Both the position numbers and the translations under genes were made by a program. A model generated the notes under the pieces. The model worked only from the letters and a program-made list of their open reading frames with translations. It made no database searches and was not told where the DNA came from. 64,000 nucleotides of DNA from Flavobacteriales bacterium. Lineage in GTDB: Bacteria; Bacteroidota; Bacteroidia; Flavobacteriales; BACL11. Shown here in pieces: positions 35,499 to 46,014 of this stretch. The stretch spans positions 128,122-192,121 of the forward strand of contig PAHP01000007.1 in the NCBI GenBank assembly GCA_002705205.1, in the 5' to 3' direction. Position 1 is the first letter of the stretch; each line of letters opens with the position of its first letter.

Positions 35499-35867
35499 AT
35501 GAGTTTTTCTACTTTTATAATACTGATTATTATTGGTTTGTTAGCTGGAGTTGTATCTGGATTCGTAGGTGTTGGTGGTGGTATTCTAATGATTCCTTTA
35601 CTGATATTTTTTTTAGGTCTCTCTCAATTTGAAGCGCAGGGAACAGCTTTAACAGCAATGTTGCCTCCAATAGGAATTCTTGCTGCTATGAATTATTTTA
35701 AAGCAGGATATGTTAAGTGGGAATATGCAGTTGTTATTGCACTGACATTTGTCATTGGTGGATATTTTGGGTCTAACATGTCATTAAGTTTAAATCCTAT
35801 TACAGTAAGAAAAATATTTGGTGTAATAATGTTTTTGGCTGCAATTAAATTGATATTTTCAAAGTGA
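35499..35867 (+). CDS. Half-size TauE/SafE-family membrane protein
   Basis: 122 aa, 4 TM segments, with the GVGGGILMIPLL motif of TauE/SafE. About half the usual family length. Confidence 0.7.
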   Translation: MSFSTFIILIIIGLLAGVVSGFVGVGGGILMIPLLIFFLGLSQFEAQGTALTAMLPPIGILAAMNYFKAGYVKWEYAVVIALTFVIGGYFGSNMSLSLNPITVRKIFGVIMFLAAIKLIFSK

Positions 35868-37033
35868 TAAACTTAATTAAAAGATTAGTAGAAGAAAATT
35901 TTAATGAAATAGTTAAGATAAGAAGACATCTGCATAAGTATCCAGAACTCTCTTTTCATGAGCACAAGACATCAGCGTATATAAAATCAATCTTAACTAA
36001 ATGGGATATTCCTTTTACTGATGGTATTGCTGAGACTGGAGTTGTTGTTGTTTTAAAAGGGAAGAATCCAGATATCAAAACAGTTGCATTGCGTGCTGAT
36101 TTTGATGCTTTGCCTATTCAGGAAGAGACTGATTTGGCTTATGGATCAGTGAATCAGGGGGTGATGCATGCTTGCGGTCATGATGCACATACAGCATCAA
36201 TGTTAGGTGCCTTGAAAGTATTACATTATTTGCAATTAGAATGGGAAGGAAGTATTAAATTTATTTTTCAGCCAGCGGAGGAACAATTACCTGGAGGTGC
36301 TCAGCAAATGATAAAAGAAGGAGTTCTTAAATCTCCTAATGTAGAAACTATAATTGGACAACATGTTTTTCCTGATATGGAAGTAGGTAAAGTGGGCTTT
36401 AGAGTAGGTAAATATATGGCCTCTACCGATGAGGTGCATATTGTTGTAAAAGGCAAGGGTGGACATGCAGCATTGCCACAGCAATACAATAACCCATTAA
36501 TAGTAGGAGCAAGATTAATTCTTGAACTGGATTCATTTTTCAATCAATATAAGGATGCTCCTTCTGTTTTTGCAATTGGCTTTATTGAAGGTGCAGGATC
36601 TACAAATGTTATCCCTGATAGAGTCAGCTTAAAAGGAACTTTACGGGTTATGGATGAAGATCTTAGAAAAGAATTTCATTCTCAATTATTGGCAATTTCT
36701 GAAGGTATTTCGAAGGAATATAATATGGTAATTGATTTTGATATTCGGAAAGGATATCCTTGTTTGATTAATGACAAGAAGATAACTGAAGAATCTATTA
36801 GTTTTGCAAAGAAGTACCTTGGAGAAGAAAATGTTATTGAATTGCCTGTTAGAATGACAGCCGAAGATTTTTCTTATTACTCACAGATTATTCCTTCATG
36901 CTTTTATCGTTTAGGTGTAAGAAACGAAGTTAAAGGAATTATTAATGGACTTCATACGTCAAAGTTTAATATTGATGAAGAATCACTTAAGATTGGTATG
37001 GGATTAATGGCTTATCTAGCCATTAAAAATTAA
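35864..37033 (+). CDS. M20-family amidohydrolase (N-acyl-amino-acid amidohydrolase-like)
   Basis: 389 aa. RRHLHKYPELSFHE, MHACGHDAH, and PAEE metal-ligand motifs. Confidence 0.85.
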   Translation: MINLIKRLVEENFNEIVKIRRHLHKYPELSFHEHKTSAYIKSILTKWDIPFTDGIAETGVVVVLKGKNPDIKTVALRADFDALPIQEETDLAYGSVNQGVMHACGHDAHTASMLGALKVLHYLQLEWEGSIKFIFQPAEEQLPGGAQQMIKEGVLKSPNVETIIGQHVFPDMEVGKVGFRVGKYMASTDEVHIVVKGKGGHAALPQQYNNPLIVGARLILELDSFFNQYKDAPSVFAIGFIEGAGSTNVIPDRVSLKGTLRVMDEDLRKEFHSQLLAISEGISKEYNMVIDFDIRKGYPCLINDKKITEESISFAKKYLGEENVIELPVRMTAEDFSYYSQIIPSCFYRLGVRNEVKGIINGLHTSKFNIDEESLKIGMGLMAYLAIKN

Positions 37034-37545
37034 GCAATTAATTTATTTCCTATAATATTAAATTCCTTGCAAAAGACCTTTATTCGTTCTAATACTTCAT
37101 CAGAAGTGATAACATCTTTCGTAAAATCTTTACCTGTTACATATATTATTCTAGGAAGTTGGATCATTCTCCATTCATTCATACAGATTTGTGTAAGATG
37201 CATAGTAGATAAGTAGCTTCTCTCTCCTCCTGCAGCACACAGAATACCAAAAAACTTATTAGTTGCTCCTGAAAAACAATTATCTAATAATATTTTCAGG
37301 CCATCATTTATGCTATAGCAGTGCACCCCCATGCCAATAATAATATTGTCTGTGTTATCAATTGTTTTAGTTAAAGATTCCATGTCTTTAGTTTTTCCAA
37401 GATGACAAGGCTGAATCCTTATATCTCTTATATCAATAAGTGTACAATGAACTCCTTGATTTATTAATTCTTTTTCTACATTCTTACAAACTAGAAAGGA
37501 TCTTGAATTTTTAGATAAAGAACTTGATAAGATTAAAGTATTCAT
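37030..37545 (-). CDS. NAD(P)H-dependent FMN reductase-family oxidoreductase
   Basis: 171 aa flavodoxin-like protein (ILSSSLSKNSRS...). Its start overlaps the recQ stop (TAATG). Confidence 0.65.
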   Translation of the reverse strand: MNTLILSSSLSKNSRSFLVCKNVEKELINQGVHCTLIDIRDIRIQPCHLGKTKDMESLTKTIDNTDNIIIGMGVHCYSINDGLKILLDNCFSGATNKFFGILCAAGGERSYLSTMHLTQICMNEWRMIQLPRIIYVTGKDFTKDVITSDEVLERIKVFCKEFNIIGNKLIA

Positions 37546-39731
37546 TAGTTGGCTATTTGAGAGATAAAATCAATTCGTAATAATCTAACCTCATCATCCG
37601 TAAACTCATCTTCTGCAAATTCTATTCTTGCTTCATCAAAAGAGAATTCTGCTGTGTTTTTAAAGAAATCATGGATTTCATCTCTTTCATCTTCATCCAT
37701 CATATCTAGCATAATATGGTTTAGATTCAGTTTTGTTCCACCTTCAACAATTTCTTCCATCTCATTTAGAAGATCTGGATTTGAAAGGCCTTTGCCTTTA
37801 GCAATATCATCAATAGAAAGCTTCTTGTCTAATGATTGAATAATATAAATTTTGTTTGATGATTTATTTGCAACACTTCTTACAGTAAAATCTTGTGGTC
37901 GTTCAATATTATTCTCCTCAACATATTCTTTGATTATTTCTATAAAGCTTGGTCCATATTTTTTTGCCTTTCCAATACCAACTCCTTGTACTTTACCCAT
38001 TTCTTCAATATTGATTGGGTATTGATTTGCCATGTCAATTAATGAGGGTTCAGTAAAAATAATAGCAGGAGGTAATCCAATTTTTTTTGCTAGTTTTTTT
38101 CTTGAATCTTTTAGGATATTGAAAAGAATAGTATCAGCAGCTTGTCCTTTGTGAGCAGCTGATGATGCAGCTGAAATTGTTTGTCCATAATCATGATCTT
38201 CAGTAATTTTAAAGCTGTATTGTGTTTTTATAAATTTTTTACCTGATTCAGTTAGTTTTAATATGCCATAGCTTTCAATCTCTTTTGTAAGTAGTTGTTT
38301 TACATATGCCTGCCTTATAATCGAATGCCAGAAATCTAATGATTTACTTTTTCCTATTCCAAAGATGTCAGATAATTGGGACATATTTTGTTTGATAAGG
38401 GAATTGCTTTCTCCTACCATTATCTTAGCCATTTCTTTTGGTTTAAATCTTTCCCTTGCTCCTGCCACCCCCTCTAATAATAATTTCACATACTTCTTGC
38501 CTTCAATTTTATCCTTTGGATTCTTGCAATTGTCACACATCTGATTGCATTCTTGATCATTAAACTCTTCTCCGAAGTAATGTAATAAATATTTTCTTCT
38601 ACACATTGACGTCTCAGAAAAAGTAATTGTTTCCATTATTAGCAGTCTTCCCACTTCTTGCTCTGCAACAGGCTTTCCTTGTAAAAAGTTTTCTAGTTTC
38701 TCAATATCCTTATAGTCATAGAATGTTATTAAGTCTCCTTTTCCTCCATCCCTTCCTGCGCGGCCAGTTTCTTGATAATAACCCTCTAGGCTTTTAGGTA
38801 TGTCATGATGTATTACATATCTTATATCTGGTTTATCAATACCCATTCCAAAAGCAATTGTAGCAACAATCACATTGCAATCATCCATTAAAAATGCTTC
38901 TTGATGCATTACTCTCTTTTTTGCTTCAAGCCCTGCATGATATGGCAAGGCATTAATTCCGTTTATTTGTAGTATCTCTGAAATTTCTTCAACCTTTTTC
39001 CGGCTTAAACAATAAACAATGCCTGACTCACCTTGTCTGCTATTAATATATTGTATGATTTGTTTAGCAACATCTTTCTTAGGCTGGATTTCATAGAATA
39101 AATTACTTCTGTTAAAAGAAGAAAGATATAGCTTGGCATCACTTATTTCAAGATTCTTCATTATATCTTGCCTTACTTTTGGTGTTGCTGTTGCTGTAAG
39201 CGCAATGATTGGGGCTTCTCCTATATTATTTACTATTTGTTTTAATTTTCTATACTCTGGTCTAAAATCATGTCCCCATTCTGAGATACAATGAGCCTCA
39301 TCAATTGCATAGAAAGAGATATTTACAGAACTTAAGAATTCAGTGTTTTCAGCTTTTACAAGTGATTCAGGTGCTACATATAGGAGTTTTGTTTTTCCAT
39401 CTGAGATATCACTCTTTACTTGATTAATCTGTGATTTTGATAGAGATGAATTAAGAACATGAGCAATACTTTCATTTTGATAATATCCTCTAAGCACATC
39501 AACCTGATTCTTCATTAAAGCTATTAAGGGAGATACAATAATAGCACAGCCATTAGACATAAGTGCTGGTAGTTGATAGCACATTGACTTTCCACCTCCA
39601 GTTGGCATAATGACCATACTGTCATTACCCTCAAGCAAGTTGATGATAATATCTTCTTGTTCAGCTCTGAAACTATTAAATCCAAATATATCTTTGAGGT
39701 TTTTGTGCAGTGTTTCAGTGGAAATGCTCAT
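37545..39731 (-). CDS. recQ: ATP-dependent DNA helicase RecQ
   Basis: 728 aa. Motif I PTGGGKS, DEAH (AIDEAHCISEWGHDFRPEY), a Zn-binding Cys cluster, and RQC plus HRDC regions. Confidence 0.95.
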   Translation of the reverse strand: MSISTETLHKNLKDIFGFNSFRAEQEDIIINLLEGNDSMVIMPTGGGKSMCYQLPALMSNGCAIIVSPLIALMKNQVDVLRGYYQNESIAHVLNSSLSKSQINQVKSDISDGKTKLLYVAPESLVKAENTEFLSSVNISFYAIDEAHCISEWGHDFRPEYRKLKQIVNNIGEAPIIALTATATPKVRQDIMKNLEISDAKLYLSSFNRSNLFYEIQPKKDVAKQIIQYINSRQGESGIVYCLSRKKVEEISEILQINGINALPYHAGLEAKKRVMHQEAFLMDDCNVIVATIAFGMGIDKPDIRYVIHHDIPKSLEGYYQETGRAGRDGGKGDLITFYDYKDIEKLENFLQGKPVAEQEVGRLLIMETITFSETSMCRRKYLLHYFGEEFNDQECNQMCDNCKNPKDKIEGKKYVKLLLEGVAGARERFKPKEMAKIMVGESNSLIKQNMSQLSDIFGIGKSKSLDFWHSIIRQAYVKQLLTKEIESYGILKLTESGKKFIKTQYSFKITEDHDYGQTISAASSAAHKGQAADTILFNILKDSRKKLAKKIGLPPAIIFTEPSLIDMANQYPINIEEMGKVQGVGIGKAKKYGPSFIEIIKEYVEENNIERPQDFTVRSVANKSSNKIYIIQSLDKKLSIDDIAKGKGLSNPDLLNEMEEIVEGGTKLNLNHIMLDMMDEDERDEIHDFFKNTAEFSFDEARIEFAEDEFTDDEVRLLRIDFISQIAN

Positions 39732-39748
39732 TTATTATAAAAATGTGA

Positions 39749-39756
39749 TACTTTTG
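39749..39756 (+). promoter_or_regulatory. -7 box TACTTTTG upstream of kpsF
   Basis: Matches TAnnTTTG, 38 nt before the ATG at 39795. Confidence 0.35.
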
Positions 39757-39794
39757 TTCTTGTTTTTATACAACGAATATACTATTTTATTTTT

Positions 39795-40760
39795 ATGAAA
39801 TCTTCAATTGATATAAAAAAAGTTGCTAGAGATACAATCTCCTTAGAATTAGAGGCTATATCAGAATTGGAAAGTAGGATTGATGATAATTTTGTAAATA
39901 TAATTAAGCTAATACTGAATATGCAAGGAAGACTGATTGTAGCGGGTATTGGTAAGAGTGCTAATATAGCAAATAAGATGGTTGCTACATTTAATTCAAC
40001 AGGACAGCCTGCTGTTTTTTTGCATGCTGCTGATGCAATACATGGTGATCTGGGATCTATTCAAGATGGTGATTTAGTGATTTGCATTTCAAAAAGTGGC
40101 AATACTCCAGAAGTTAAAGCGCTTCTTCTTTCTATTAAGGAAATGGGGAATAAAATAATTGCATTAACTGGAAATTCAACATCATTTCTAGCAAAAGAAG
40201 CAGATTATTCTTTAGATGTGAGTGTTGAGAAAGAGGCTTGTCCTAATAATTTAGCGCCAACTTCATCAACTACTGCTCAATTAGTGATGGGCGACGCCAT
40301 CGCTGTAAGTTTACTGTCATGCAAAGATTTCTCAGATAAAGATTTTGCTCGCTTTCATCCAGGAGGAACTCTTGGAAAAAGACTGTATTTAAGATTGTCA
40401 GATATTCTCTCTGATAAGAATGTCCCAGCAGTTGATAAATATGCAACTGTGAACGAAGTAATTATTGAGATATCAAGTAAAAGGGTTGGAGCAACTGCAG
40501 TAATTGATAATAATAAGCTCAGAGGTATTATTACAGATGGAGATTTAAGAAGAATGCTTGAAACAGGTGGTGATTTGAAAAGAGTGCTAGCCAAAGATAT
40601 AATGAGTGAGGATCCTAAAATGATTGAACTAGAGTCCTTGGCTTATGATGCATTGAAGATCATGGAGAATAATAATATTAATCAAATAGTTGTGATGAAT
40701 AATGGTGTATATGCTGGAATAGTACACATTCATGAATTATTAAGAGAGGGTGTTGTATAA
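39795..40760 (+). CDS. kpsF: Arabinose-5-phosphate isomerase (KpsF/GutQ family; SIS + CBS pair)
   Basis: 321 aa. SIS motif GIGKSANIANKMVATFNSTG, followed by two CBS domains. Confidence 0.85.
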   Translation: MKSSIDIKKVARDTISLELEAISELESRIDDNFVNIIKLILNMQGRLIVAGIGKSANIANKMVATFNSTGQPAVFLHAADAIHGDLGSIQDGDLVICISKSGNTPEVKALLLSIKEMGNKIIALTGNSTSFLAKEADYSLDVSVEKEACPNNLAPTSSTTAQLVMGDAIAVSLLSCKDFSDKDFARFHPGGTLGKRLYLRLSDILSDKNVPAVDKYATVNEVIIEISSKRVGATAVIDNNKLRGIITDGDLRRMLETGGDLKRVLAKDIMSEDPKMIELESLAYDALKIMENNNINQIVVMNNGVYAGIVHIHELLREGVV

Positions 40761-41569
40761 TGAATAGTGAAGATAATGAGATGTCCTTCTTAGATCATCT
40801 AGAGATCTTTAGATGGCATTTAATACGAGCGGCTGCGGCAATTATGTTCTTTGGAGTGATTGCGTTTATTTATAAAGAGATACTTTTTGATTTGATTCTT
40901 TTAGGCCCAAGAGACCCTAACTTTCTTACCTATAAAGTATTATGTAGTATCTCTCAGTATTTAGGATTGCAAGATGCACTTTGTTTGCAGGAATCTCCCT
41001 TTATTTTAATGAATATCACTATGAGTGGACAATTTTCAACTCATGTTATGACCTCAATCTTTGCAGGCTTTATTATTGCTTTTCCTTATGTTTTCTGGGA
41101 ATTTTGGCGTTTTATTAGTCCTGCATTGCATCCTGAAGAGACTAAACTTGCAAGAGGGGTTGTTTTTTTTAGTTCATTGCTTTTTATGTTTGGTATTTTA
41201 TTTGGCTATTATATTATAGCTCCCTTATCAGTTAATTTCTTAGGATCGTACCAGGTAAGTAGTGAAGTTGCTAACCAGATTAGTTTAACATCATTTATTT
41301 CAACTGTTACTACAGTCAGCCTTGCTAATGGTATAATTTTTGAATTACCAATACTTGTATATTTTTTGACTAAGATAGGATTATTAACGCCTGAGTTTAT
41401 GTGTATATATCGGAAACATGCTATGGTATTAACACTGATATTATCTGCAATAATTACCCCCCCTGATATTACATCACAAATTTTGGTTTCATTACCTTTG
41501 ATCTTACTTTATGAGATGAGTATAAAAATATCAGAAAGAGTGATTAAGAATCAAGAAAAGAAACAGTAA
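40760..41569 (+). CDS. tatC: Twin-arginine translocase subunit TatC
   Basis: 269 aa, 6 TM segments, N-terminal [16 protein letters not shown]. 1-nt overlap with kpsF. Confidence 0.85.
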   Translation: MNSEDNEMSFLDHLEIFRWHLIRAAAAIMFFGVIAFIYKEILFDLILLGPRDPNFLTYKVLCSISQYLGLQDALCLQESPFILMNITMSGQFSTHVMTSIFAGFIIAFPYVFWEFWRFISPALHPEETKLARGVVFFSSLLFMFGILFGYYIIAPLSVNFLGSYQVSSEVANQISLTSFISTVTTVSLANGIIFELPILVYFLTKIGLLTPEFMCIYRKHAMVLTLILSAIITPPDITSQILVSLPLILLYEMSIKISERVIKNQEKKQ

Positions 41570-42294
41570 TGATATTAAGAGCCAAAAATATCATAAAGTA
41601 TTATGCAGGAAGAGCCGTTGTGAAAGGTGTTTCTCTTGATGTTAAACAAGGAGAGATAGTTGGGCTTTTAGGTCCCAATGGAGCAGGAAAGACTACTTCA
41701 TTTTACATGATGGTTGGTTTAGTAGATCCAAATGAAGGAAATGTATATCTTGATGATTCTTCTATTACAAAACTACCTATGTATAAGCGTGCTCAGATGG
41801 GTATTGGTTATTTGGCTCAAGAGGCATCTGTATTTAGAAAAATGAGCGTAGAAGACAATATAAGGTCAGTTCTAGAAATGACCACTTTATCAAAGAAAGA
41901 GCAATATACAAGATGCGAGTCATTATTGGATGAGTTTGGCTTACAAGGTGTACGTAAAAATATAGGTGGGTTGCTATCAGGAGGAGAAAGAAGAAGAACA
42001 GAGATTGCAAGAGCACTAGCTACAAATCCTAAATTTATTTTGTTAGATGAGCCATTTGCTGGAGTTGATCCAATTGCAGTGGAGGATATACAGCAAATTG
42101 TTTCTAAATTAAAGAATAAAAATATTGGGATCCTTATTACGGATCATAATGTACATGAAACCTTAAAAATTACTGATAGAGCTTATCTTTTGTTTGAAGG
42201 GAATATATTAAAGCAAGGAACCTCGCAAGAGCTTGCTGAGGATGAGCAAGTTAGAAAGGTTTATCTTGGGAAAAATTTTGAGCTTAGAAAATAA
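41569..42294 (+). CDS. lptB: LPS export ABC transporter ATP-binding protein LptB
   Basis: 241 aa. Walker [10 protein letters not shown], signature LSGGERRR, Walker [12 protein letters not shown], and a C-terminal VRKVYLG typical of LptB. Confidence 0.85.
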   Translation: MILRAKNIIKYYAGRAVVKGVSLDVKQGEIVGLLGPNGAGKTTSFYMMVGLVDPNEGNVYLDDSSITKLPMYKRAQMGIGYLAQEASVFRKMSVEDNIRSVLEMTTLSKKEQYTRCESLLDEFGLQGVRKNIGGLLSGGERRRTEIARALATNPKFILLDEPFAGVDPIAVEDIQQIVSKLKNKNIGILITDHNVHETLKITDRAYLLFEGNILKQGTSQELAEDEQVRKVYLGKNFELRK

Positions 42295-42546
42295 TTAAGC
42301 CTCTTCTAAGGTAAACTCATAAGATTCCATAATCTGATTACAAAGCATCTTACTGCAAGCTGCATTTACTTTAGATGATGCAGTTTCTTTGTTTTCAGCT
42401 TCGATTTCCAACGTAATATGTTTACCAATTCGTACATTTTTAATCTCTGACAGCCCTACATTCCCCATGCTAGCGCTTACAGCCTTTCCTTGTGGGTCTA
42501 ATAATGATTTAAGTGGCATTACATCTATTTCGGCTCTGAACTTCAT
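42295..42546 (-). CDS. purS: Phosphoribosylformylglycinamidine synthase subunit PurS
   Basis: 83 aa. VMPLKSLLDPQGKAV is the typical PurS motif. Confidence 0.85.
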   Translation of the reverse strand: MKFRAEIDVMPLKSLLDPQGKAVSASMGNVGLSEIKNVRIGKHITLEIEAENKETASSKVNAACSKMLCNQIMESYEFTLEEA

Positions 42547-42549
42547 AAT

Positions 42550-43272
42550 TTATAATATATTATTTAATAGTGATAGAATCAGATACAAAATTACAATAAA
42601 TGGGATAGCAGCAAACTGAAATGCCAAGAATAATATCACTGTTGATAAAATAAGTGTAGCTCTGAGAATATTTACCTTAGAAGTAATATTTTCATTAGGA
42701 TTCAATTTGAATGAGAAAAGTGGCATATTTACTACTAATAGTAGCGGCATTATAATGCAGATTATTGTTAAAAAATTCATGTCAATAAACATCGGAAATT
42801 GTTTAAAGTTAATGTGGGGAATAGCGGCAAAGAATATTCCTAGAGCGGGTGTTGGTAATCCAATAAATGAAGCTGTTTGCTTTTTATCAATGTTAAAGTT
42901 TGCTAGCCTATAAGCTGATAGGATAGGAATTAGTAGTGCTAATGATGTCGGTAAAAGAATTGGTTGATTGCTCATTGAGTGACGAAAAAGGATATCATTA
43001 CTAAGATAAAACATAAAATTAAACATAATAAATCCTGGAGCAACACCGAATGTAACCATGTCAGCCATAGAATCTAATTGCTTGCCAAGCTGATTGCTTA
43101 CTTTTAGAGCCCTAGCGGTTAATCCATCAAAAAGATCAAAAAATGCACCTGAGAAAATGCATAATGATGCCATATCTAAGCTCCCTTTAAAAGCAAAAAT
43201 AATTGAAAGAAGCCCACAAATTAAGTTGGCTAGTGTAATTAAATTTGGTAAAATCCTTTTTAATATATTCAT
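42550..43272 (-). CDS. pssA: CDP-diacylglycerol--serine O-phosphatidyltransferase
   Basis: 240 aa. CDP-alcohol phosphatidyltransferase motif DLFDGLTARAL...GKQLDSMADMV. Multi-TM. Confidence 0.85.
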   Translation of the reverse strand: MNILKRILPNLITLANLICGLLSIIFAFKGSLDMASLCIFSGAFFDLFDGLTARALKVSNQLGKQLDSMADMVTFGVAPGFIMFNFMFYLSNDILFRHSMSNQPILLPTSLALLIPILSAYRLANFNIDKKQTASFIGLPTPALGIFFAAIPHINFKQFPMFIDMNFLTIICIIMPLLLVVNMPLFSFKLNPNENITSKVNILRATLILSTVILFLAFQFAAIPFIVILYLILSLLNNIL

Positions 43273-43277
43273 ATCAG

Positions 43278-43285
43278 CAAAAATA
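43278..43285 (-). promoter_or_regulatory. -7 box TATTTTTG upstream of pssA (leaderless geometry)
   Basis: The plus-strand CAAAAATA is the reverse complement of TAnnTTTG. 5 nt lie between the motif and the pssA ATG. Confidence 0.4.
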
Positions 43286-43305
43286 TGATAATATTTGTAA
43301 TCAAT

Positions 43306-44847
43306 ATGAAAAAAATATTTCTAGCACTCTTTAGTGGACTATTACTAGCATTCTCTTGGCCTGCGATTGGCATTTTCCCTTTTATATTTCTTGGCTTTGT
43401 TCCGTTATTAATTCTAGAAGATGAAGTTGAAAATGGGAGTGAAGCATTTGGTTATAGCTATATCTCATTCATGTGTTTCAATATTTTTACTACTTATTGG
43501 GTATGGTATGCGACTCCTCTTGGATCTATTTTTGCTTTTCTAGTTAATTCTTTTTTAATGTCAATTGCTTTTTATGCGTTTCATAAGATAAAGACAATTA
43601 CTAATAACAGGTTAGGCTATGTAGCTTTTATAGTATCCTGGCTTACTTTTGAGTACTTACATTTAAATTGGGATTTATCATGGCCTTGGCTTACATTAGG
43701 TAATGTTTTTGCTGAATCAACTCAATTTGTTCAATGGTACGAATATACTGGTGTATTAGGAGGTTCTTTTTGGGTGCTTTTAATAAATTTTTTAGTTTTT
43801 CGTTCGATAAAATCTAAACAAAAGATTAAATCAGTTTTATTGTTTTTATCTTTTTTTCTTATTCCAGTTGGGATTTCATATTATCTTTATCTAACAAAAG
43901 ATTACCTTGTTAGTAAGGGAGAGACTGTTAATACATTAATTATTCAACCTAATATTGATCCTTATACTGATAAGTTTAATGTCGGATATGAAGAGCAACT
44001 GAAAGATTTTATCGTCTTAGCAAGATCAAAGTTAGACCAAGAAACAGAGCTCTTAATAGGGCCAGAAACAGTTTTACAAGAACCGATATGGGAGAATAAT
44101 ATAGAAGCTACTTATAGTATTAGAGCTTTTAGGAGACTACAAGAAGAGTTTCCGAATCTGAACATTCTAGTAGGAGCTTCAACTTATAAGATGTTTGGGC
44201 ATCTTGAGAAAAAAACAAGTACTGCCAGAAAGATTAGGAATAAAGATATATTTTATGATGCGTATAATTCAGCTATCTTTATTCCGGATAGTGGGAATGT
44301 TGATGTTTACCATAAGATAAAGTTAGTGCCAGGAGCAGAGAAAACACCCTACCCTATGCTTTTAGATAAATTAGCAAATCTAATGGTAGATCTTGGAGGA
44401 GTCTCAGGGTCTTTGGGTAGTGAAAATAAACTAAGTAACTTTTATTTTAATGGTATAAATATTCGCCCGCTTATTTGTTATGAAAGTATTTATGGTGAAA
44501 TGGATTTTAATAATTCTGATTTGATAGCTATAATAACAAATGATGGATGGTGGAAGAATACTGCAGGATATCAGCAGCATTTTTCATATGCTAGGTTGCG
44601 TTCTATTGAGCAAAGAAAAGTAATCGTACGCTCAGCAAATACAGGAATTTCTGGAGTAATACTTGCAAATGGAGAGATCCTGAATAAAACAAAATGGGAT
44701 GAAGAAATTTGTATTGAAGCTATGGTTGGTATAAATAATAATCCTACCTTTTACACTAGCTTTGGTGATTATATTGGAAGAGTAAGTTTATTTATTTTGG
44801 TGATACTGATTTTGGTTTCTTTTATTAAAGAAAGGCTAAGAAAATAG
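43306..44847 (+). CDS. lnt: Apolipoprotein N-acyltransferase
   Basis: 513 aa from the ATG at 43306 (MKKIFLALFSG...). N-terminal multi-TM region and a C-N hydrolase domain (ICYESIYGE, NDGWW). Confidence 0.85.
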   Translation: MKKIFLALFSGLLLAFSWPAIGIFPFIFLGFVPLLILEDEVENGSEAFGYSYISFMCFNIFTTYWVWYATPLGSIFAFLVNSFLMSIAFYAFHKIKTITNNRLGYVAFIVSWLTFEYLHLNWDLSWPWLTLGNVFAESTQFVQWYEYTGVLGGSFWVLLINFLVFRSIKSKQKIKSVLLFLSFFLIPVGISYYLYLTKDYLVSKGETVNTLIIQPNIDPYTDKFNVGYEEQLKDFIVLARSKLDQETELLIGPETVLQEPIWENNIEATYSIRAFRRLQEEFPNLNILVGASTYKMFGHLEKKTSTARKIRNKDIFYDAYNSAIFIPDSGNVDVYHKIKLVPGAEKTPYPMLLDKLANLMVDLGGVSGSLGSENKLSNFYFNGINIRPLICYESIYGEMDFNNSDLIAIITNDGWWKNTAGYQQHFSYARLRSIEQRKVIVRSANTGISGVILANGEILNKTKWDEEICIEAMVGINNNPTFYTSFGDYIGRVSLFILVILILVSFIKERLRK

Positions 44848-44852
44848 GGGGT

Positions 44853-45155
44853 TTATTCTGATAAGGATTGCTTTCTTTTAACTTTCAATCTATTCTTATT
44901 TAAGGTTAGATCAATATTTGTACTGTCACTTTCTAATTCTTCTACCACAACCGTTAACATACTGTCAATATTAAGGTTAGTATCGCAATTAGTTAAAGTA
45001 GTAGTAGTTTTATCTTCACTTTCAATTTCTTCAATCAAGTTAAAGTTATTTTCACTTTTGCAATTTGAATTTATTCTATAATAATTTGTTGTAAGTAAGT
45101 AGCCTAAGATACATATTAGTAAGAACCAGGTGAACGATGTTTCTAATTTTCCCAT
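44853..45155 (-). CDS. Hypothetical membrane-anchored acidic protein
   Basis: 100 aa. One N-terminal TM segment (FTWFLLICILGYLL), then an acidic Thr/Asn-rich region. No family recognised. Confidence 0.5.
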   Translation of the reverse strand: MGKLETSFTWFLLICILGYLLTTNYYRINSNCKSENNFNLIEEIESEDKTTTTLTNCDTNLNIDSMLTVVVEELESDSTNIDLTLNKNRLKVKRKQSLSE

Positions 45156-45198
45156 ACTTTTTGTTTATTATTTTCTGGCTAAATTAATAAAAAATAAG

Positions 45199-45972
45199 CT
45201 ACTTAAGATTATTTGGGATCTTACAGACAGGGATTGGTTTCATTTTATGTTGGTTTGCTTTATTTAGTTTTGTGTAAATAGAGAGTATCTTAGCTTCTCT
45301 TTCTGATAAGTCGCTTTTATTGCTGTTTAAATTCATTGCCCATTCTAATTCTGGGTAAGTTGCTCCTATTTGTTCCTCATCAGTTTTTTCATCCCCCCAA
45401 AGTCCATCAGTAGGTTCAGCAACTAAAATTTCTTCAATGACCCCAAGTGCTTTCCCAAGTGTATAAATCTCAGTTTTTAATAAATCAGCAATAGGACTTA
45501 TATCTACTCCGCCATCTCCATATTTTGTAAAAAATCCAATACCAAAATCTTCTACTTTATTACCAGTCCCTACAACTAATGAATTGTTTGCTTGTGCAAA
45601 ATAATAAAGAGTTGTCATTCTAAGTCTTGCCCTTGTATTTACTAAGGCAAGTTCATGTTTGTCTTCAGTGGTTGGAAGTTGAGATATAAATTTTTCAAAG
45701 ACAGGAGTAAGGTTAAGTTCTGAAGAACTTACGTTTGTAAAATTATCTTTTAACCACTTAATATGTTTCAAGCCTCTTTCTACTTGTGATTTTTGTTGAT
45801 GAATTGGTAATTCTATGCAGATAAGTGGTAGTCCAGTTTTTGCAACCAGTGTAGATGTTACTGCTGAGTCAATTCCACCAGATATTCCAATAACAAAACC
45901 TTTGGACTTAGATAATTCTGAGTATTCTTTTAGCCAATTTATAATATGATCTATTATACTAGTAGTTCGCAT
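45199..45972 (-). CDS. nadE: Ammonia-dependent NAD+ synthetase
   Basis: PP-loop GISGGIDSAV. I prefer the ATG at 45972 (MRTTSIIDHIINWLKEY) because the ORF-track start at 46023 would run through the gldB promoter and start. Confidence 0.85.
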   Translation of the reverse strand: MRTTSIIDHIINWLKEYSELSKSKGFVIGISGGIDSAVTSTLVAKTGLPLICIELPIHQQKSQVERGLKHIKWLKDNFTNVSSSELNLTPVFEKFISQLPTTEDKHELALVNTRARLRMTTLYYFAQANNSLVVGTGNKVEDFGIGFFTKYGDGGVDISPIADLLKTEIYTLGKALGVIEEILVAEPTDGLWGDEKTDEEQIGATYPELEWAMNLNSNKSDLSEREAKILSIYTKLNKANQHKMKPIPVCKIPNNLK

Positions 45973-45981
45973 AATTGTTTG

Positions 45982-45989
45982 CAAATGTA
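45982..45989 (-). promoter_or_regulatory. -7 box TACATTTG upstream of nadE
   Basis: The plus-strand CAAATGTA is the reverse complement of TAnnTTTG, 9 nt before the ATG at 45972. Confidence 0.4.
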
Positions 45990-46002
45990 ATGCAAAACTT
46001 CT

Positions 46003-46010
46003 TACTTTTG
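46003..46010 (+). promoter_or_regulatory. -7 box TACTTTTG upstream of gldB (leaderless geometry)
   Basis: Matches TAnnTTTG. 4 nt lie between the motif and the ATG at 46015. Confidence 0.4.
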
Positions 46011-46014
46011 CCTT

